A DNA stretch of 64,000 nucleotides, taken from positions 11,892-75,891 of the forward strand of contig CAZWDB010000004.1 of NCBI GenBank assembly GCA_964632885.1, given 5' to 3'. This document shows, piece after piece, positions 61,740 through 64,000 of the stretch. The translations under genes were made by a program, and so were the position numbers. This DNA comes from an uncultured Acidimicrobiales bacterium. GTDB taxonomy: Bacteria; Actinomycetota; Acidimicrobiia; Acidimicrobiales; CAZWDB01. The first letter of the stretch is position 1, and each line of letters starts with the position of its first letter. The notes beneath the pieces were generated by a model. That model made no database searches and was not told the origin of the DNA. It worked only from the letters and a program-made list of their open reading frames with translations.

Positions 61740-61931
61740 TCAGCGAGAGCTGTTGCCAAGGCACCAATGGCAGTTGTCGTAGGACCTGTCCACCTTGGCT
61801 TCTGTCAGGGTGTGGTACCACTGGCGGTGCTCGGGTTTGATCTCGTCGAGCTGGCACGAGCTCTCCTCGTTCTGGGTGTCGTGGACCTCGAGGGTGTTGG
61901 TGTTGCCCAGGTATCGCTTCAGCTTGATCAC
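61740..61931 (-). CDS. Small Cys/His metal-binding protein (Ada-like Zn-binding look)
   Basis: MIKLKRYLGNTNTLEVHDTQNEESSCQLDEIKPEHRQWYHTLTEAKVDRSYDNCHWCLG fits the pattern vH...C...I.p.n...f.t..eA...gY..C..C. Confidence 0.55.
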   Translation of the reverse strand: MIKLKRYLGNTNTLEVHDTQNEESSCQLDEIKPEHRQWYHTLTEAKVDRSYDNCHWCLGNSSR

Positions 61932-62006
61932 GGTAACGTCCTCCTTCGACTCTCGGTACGGATCCGCGGTGTCGTGCCCGCGAGCGCAAAGCCAGTCGTC
62001 GCGGCG

Positions 62007-63119
62007 TCACAGCCGTGGCGGCGCGTCGTGGCGCGGGCGGGCGAAGCGGCCGAGGCCGCCGATGGGGAGCTCGGCGGGCGGCGTGCCGGCCGCGCCGCCG
62101 CGCGCGCCGAGGCGGGCGAGGCGGCGCAGTAGCGGCACCCGTTGGCGGGCAGCGAGGTAGAGGACGACCGCGCCGGCGAACAGCACCGCGGCCGCGGTGG
62201 TCTGGGCGGTGGTGTCATCGATGGACGCGGGCACCGCCGGCCGGACCTCGGGCAGGGCAACCTGGCGCCGCGTAGGCGCGGGCGCAACGGGCTCGGCGAG
62301 GTCGACGGACGGGGCGACGGGCTCCGGCCCGAACGCCGGCGCGGCTGGGGCCGGCAGCTCCTCCTCGAAGACAGGCGCGGGCGCGAGTGGTGGCGGCACG
62401 GCGGTGAGGGGGTCCTTGGTGACTGCGGCACTGCTCTCCGGCGGTGCCACGACGTCGGCGACCGTGACGTCGACGGCGAGGGCAGCAGCGTCGACCTTCT
62501 CAAACCGCAGCTCGAAGGGGGCATGCGCTCCCACCGGTGCGTCCGCGTCGACGAAGGGCACGATAGCCACGTCGACCTCCCGGCTCCCGCCGGCGTCTCG
62601 CGCGAGCCCGGCGAGGTCGAACGTCCACGCGCTGCCGTCCTCGGCGGGGACTCCCGCCACCGACGCCCCGCCGAAGGCGGCGTCACAGTCGGCCAGAGGC
62701 CGGCTGTCCCACCGCCCGCCCTCCTCCCCCACCCACGCCGACGCCGTCGGGCACGCCAGCAGGTCGCCCTCGCCGGCACCGTTGCCGTCCGCCACCGCGA
62801 GCGTGAGCACGGGGTTCGTCTCGTCCGAACCGAGCGCGAAGCGGACGGCGCCAATGGCGTGGGCGCCGTCGGGGTCGCGGGCGACGAACAGGCCGCCGTC
62901 GGGTACGTCGGGAGGCGGGGGTGGCGCGGGCGCGGTGCCGGGCAGTCCCACGTCCGGCGCGGGCCCGACGCCGTCGACCGTCTCGCCGGTGTTGGCCCGC
63001 CACCACCAGCCCGAGTCGGCCAGCTCGGCGGCCCCGGCTGGCGCGCCAGCCACGGCGATCAGGACGGCGGCCACCGCGACGCAGACGGCGGAACGGGCGA
63101 CGAGTCTCATGGCTCTCAT
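62007..63119 (-). CDS. Exported hypothetical protein with C-terminal TM anchor
   Basis: ORF trimmed to ATG 63119, which forms an ATGA overlap with the ABC ATPase stop. MRAMRLVARSAVCVAVAAVLIAVAGAPAGA signal. C-terminal AAAVLFAGAVVLYLAARQR. Confidence 0.7.
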   Translation of the reverse strand: MRAMRLVARSAVCVAVAAVLIAVAGAPAGAAELADSGWWWRANTGETVDGVGPAPDVGLPGTAPAPPPPPDVPDGGLFVARDPDGAHAIGAVRFALGSDETNPVLTLAVADGNGAGEGDLLACPTASAWVGEEGGRWDSRPLADCDAAFGGASVAGVPAEDGSAWTFDLAGLARDAGGSREVDVAIVPFVDADAPVGAHAPFELRFEKVDAAALAVDVTVADVVAPPESSAAVTKDPLTAVPPPLAPAPVFEEELPAPAAPAFGPEPVAPSVDLAEPVAPAPTRRQVALPEVRPAVPASIDDTTAQTTAAAVLFAGAVVLYLAARQRVPLLRRLARLGARGGAAGTPPAELPIGGLGRFARPRHDAPPRL

Positions 63120-63925
63120 GGCGCGACCTCCTGCGGGTGCGCGGCACCCGAGCGACGGATGGCGGCGAGGTCGCCGCCGAGGTAGGAGCTGATCACGCGC
63201 GGGTCGGCGATCACCGCCTCCGGCGTTCCGTCCACGATCGGGTGGCCGAGCTCGAGGGCGATCATGCGGTCGGAGATGCTCGTGATGAGGGGCATGTCGT
63301 GCTCGATCACGAGCAGGGCACAGCCCGTCTCCTGCTGGATGCGCCGGAGCAGCGGGGCCAGGGCCTCGGTCTCGCGCTGGGCGATGCCCGAGGACGGTTC
63401 GTCGAGGAGGAGCACCTTGGGGTCGTGCGCGATCGTCATCGCCAGGTCGACGATGCGCCGCGACCCGGTCGAGAGCTCTCGCACGAACTTGTCGCGGAAC
63501 GCGCCCAGGTTCATGAGCTCGATGAGGTCGGCGACGGCCCACGCCACGTCCTCCTCCTGGCGGACGATGAGCGGCAGGTTGAGCAGCGAGGCCATGTGGT
63601 CGCGCAGCTCGAGGTGGCGCTCGAGCCCGATGGCGATGTTCTCGGCCACGGTGAGCGAGGGGATCAGCCGGGCGTCCTGGAACGACCGACCGACGCCGAG
63701 CCATGCGCGCCGGTCGGCTGTCATGGTCGTGATGTCGTGGCCGTCGAGCACGATGCGGCCCTCGTCGGCGGCGACGAAGCCGGAGACGAGGTCGAAGATC
63801 GTGGTCTTGCCCGCGCCGTTGGGACCGATCAGGCCGAGGATCTCGCCTGGGGCGAGAACGAGGCTGGCGTCGTTGACGGCACCGATGCCGCCGAACCGCT
63901 TCACGAGCGCCTCGACCTGGAGCAC
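63116..63925 (-). CDS. ABC transporter ATP-binding protein (LivG-like)
   Basis: VLQVEALVKRFGGIGAVNDASLVLAPGEILGLIGPNGAGKTTIFDL, LSTGSRRIV and LLLDEPSSGI. The reading frame stays open upstream to the window edge. Confidence 0.85.
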   Translation of the reverse strand: MLQVEALVKRFGGIGAVNDASLVLAPGEILGLIGPNGAGKTTIFDLVSGFVAADEGRIVLDGHDITTMTADRRAWLGVGRSFQDARLIPSLTVAENIAIGLERHLELRDHMASLLNLPLIVRQEEDVAWAVADLIELMNLGAFRDKFVRELSTGSRRIVDLAMTIAHDPKVLLLDEPSSGIAQRETEALAPLLRRIQQETGCALLVIEHDMPLITSISDRMIALELGHPIVDGTPEAVIADPRVISSYLGGDLAAIRRSGAAHPQEVAP

Positions 63926-64000
63926 CGGCTCCGGCGACGCGGTGGACTCTGGAGTGGCCTGCCCCCGGCTTCCGAGGGCAGGCGACTCCAGAGTGCGGTG

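Noticed and set aside
1-64000. CRISPR arrays, tRNA/rRNA genes, transposases and integrases.
   Set aside because: I found no regularly spaced short direct repeats and no cloverleaf-like or rRNA-like conserved stretches.
No DDE, tyrosine-recombinase or serine-recombinase motifs appeared in any long ORF.
This absence is by eye only.

Overview
This is a 64-kb, very G+C-rich, almost fully coding chromosomal window. Codon bias is Actinobacteria-type, but the taxon cannot be determined here. All domain calls come from motifs read by eye in the supplied translations or my own. No HMM or BLAST search was run.

Layout, left to right:
1. 1-3472: a partial secreted beta-helix/DUF11 protein. The ORF track misses it because it runs off the left edge.
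2. 3.5-12.0 kb: an envelope-glycan cluster with a WecA-type initiator, two GT2, two GT4, a fused double GT-B and a GT-C-like membrane protein.
3. 12.0-16.0 kb: a secreted S8 subtilase with four FN3 modules.
4. 16-19.7 kb: a receiver-domain protein divergent from an 887-aa DUF2325-like protein.
5. Accessory island 1 (about 19.7-27.5 kb): tandem XRE regulators separated by a 44-bp perfect palindrome, a decayed DUF234-type ATPase, and an A/T-richer five-gene operon of unknown product (NTP_transf_5-like, SDR, P-loop kinase, B12-binding radical SAM, divergent PurC).
6. 27.5-43 kb: one long, translationally coupled minus-strand block. It mixes surface proteins (NHL/FN3 protein, M23 peptidase, SpaA-like giant) with a Liv-type ABC importer whose LivM and LivG are fused through a DUF2510-like insert.
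7. 44-52 kb: a regulatory cluster of GAF kinases, NarL/LuxR regulators (including a pseudo-receiver) and an ECF sigma with a membrane-spanning tail. It carries three copies of a 19-nt box plus a T7-9 tract, each placed exactly 21 nt upstream of a TAnnGT-like hexamer.
8. Accessory island 2 (about 52.2-62.0 kb): a Zn-ribbon/membrane gene pair, AbiEi-AbiEii (AbiEii fused to WYL and a Zn ribbon, frameshifted), and a tightly coupled Zn-finger/XRE/NurA/HerA/DNA-methyltransferase operon. I rate this operon the best candidate for an undescribed methylation-guarded NurA-HerA defence system.
9. Right edge: an exported protein and an ABC ATPase.

No rRNA, tRNA, CRISPR array, transposase or integrase was recognised.
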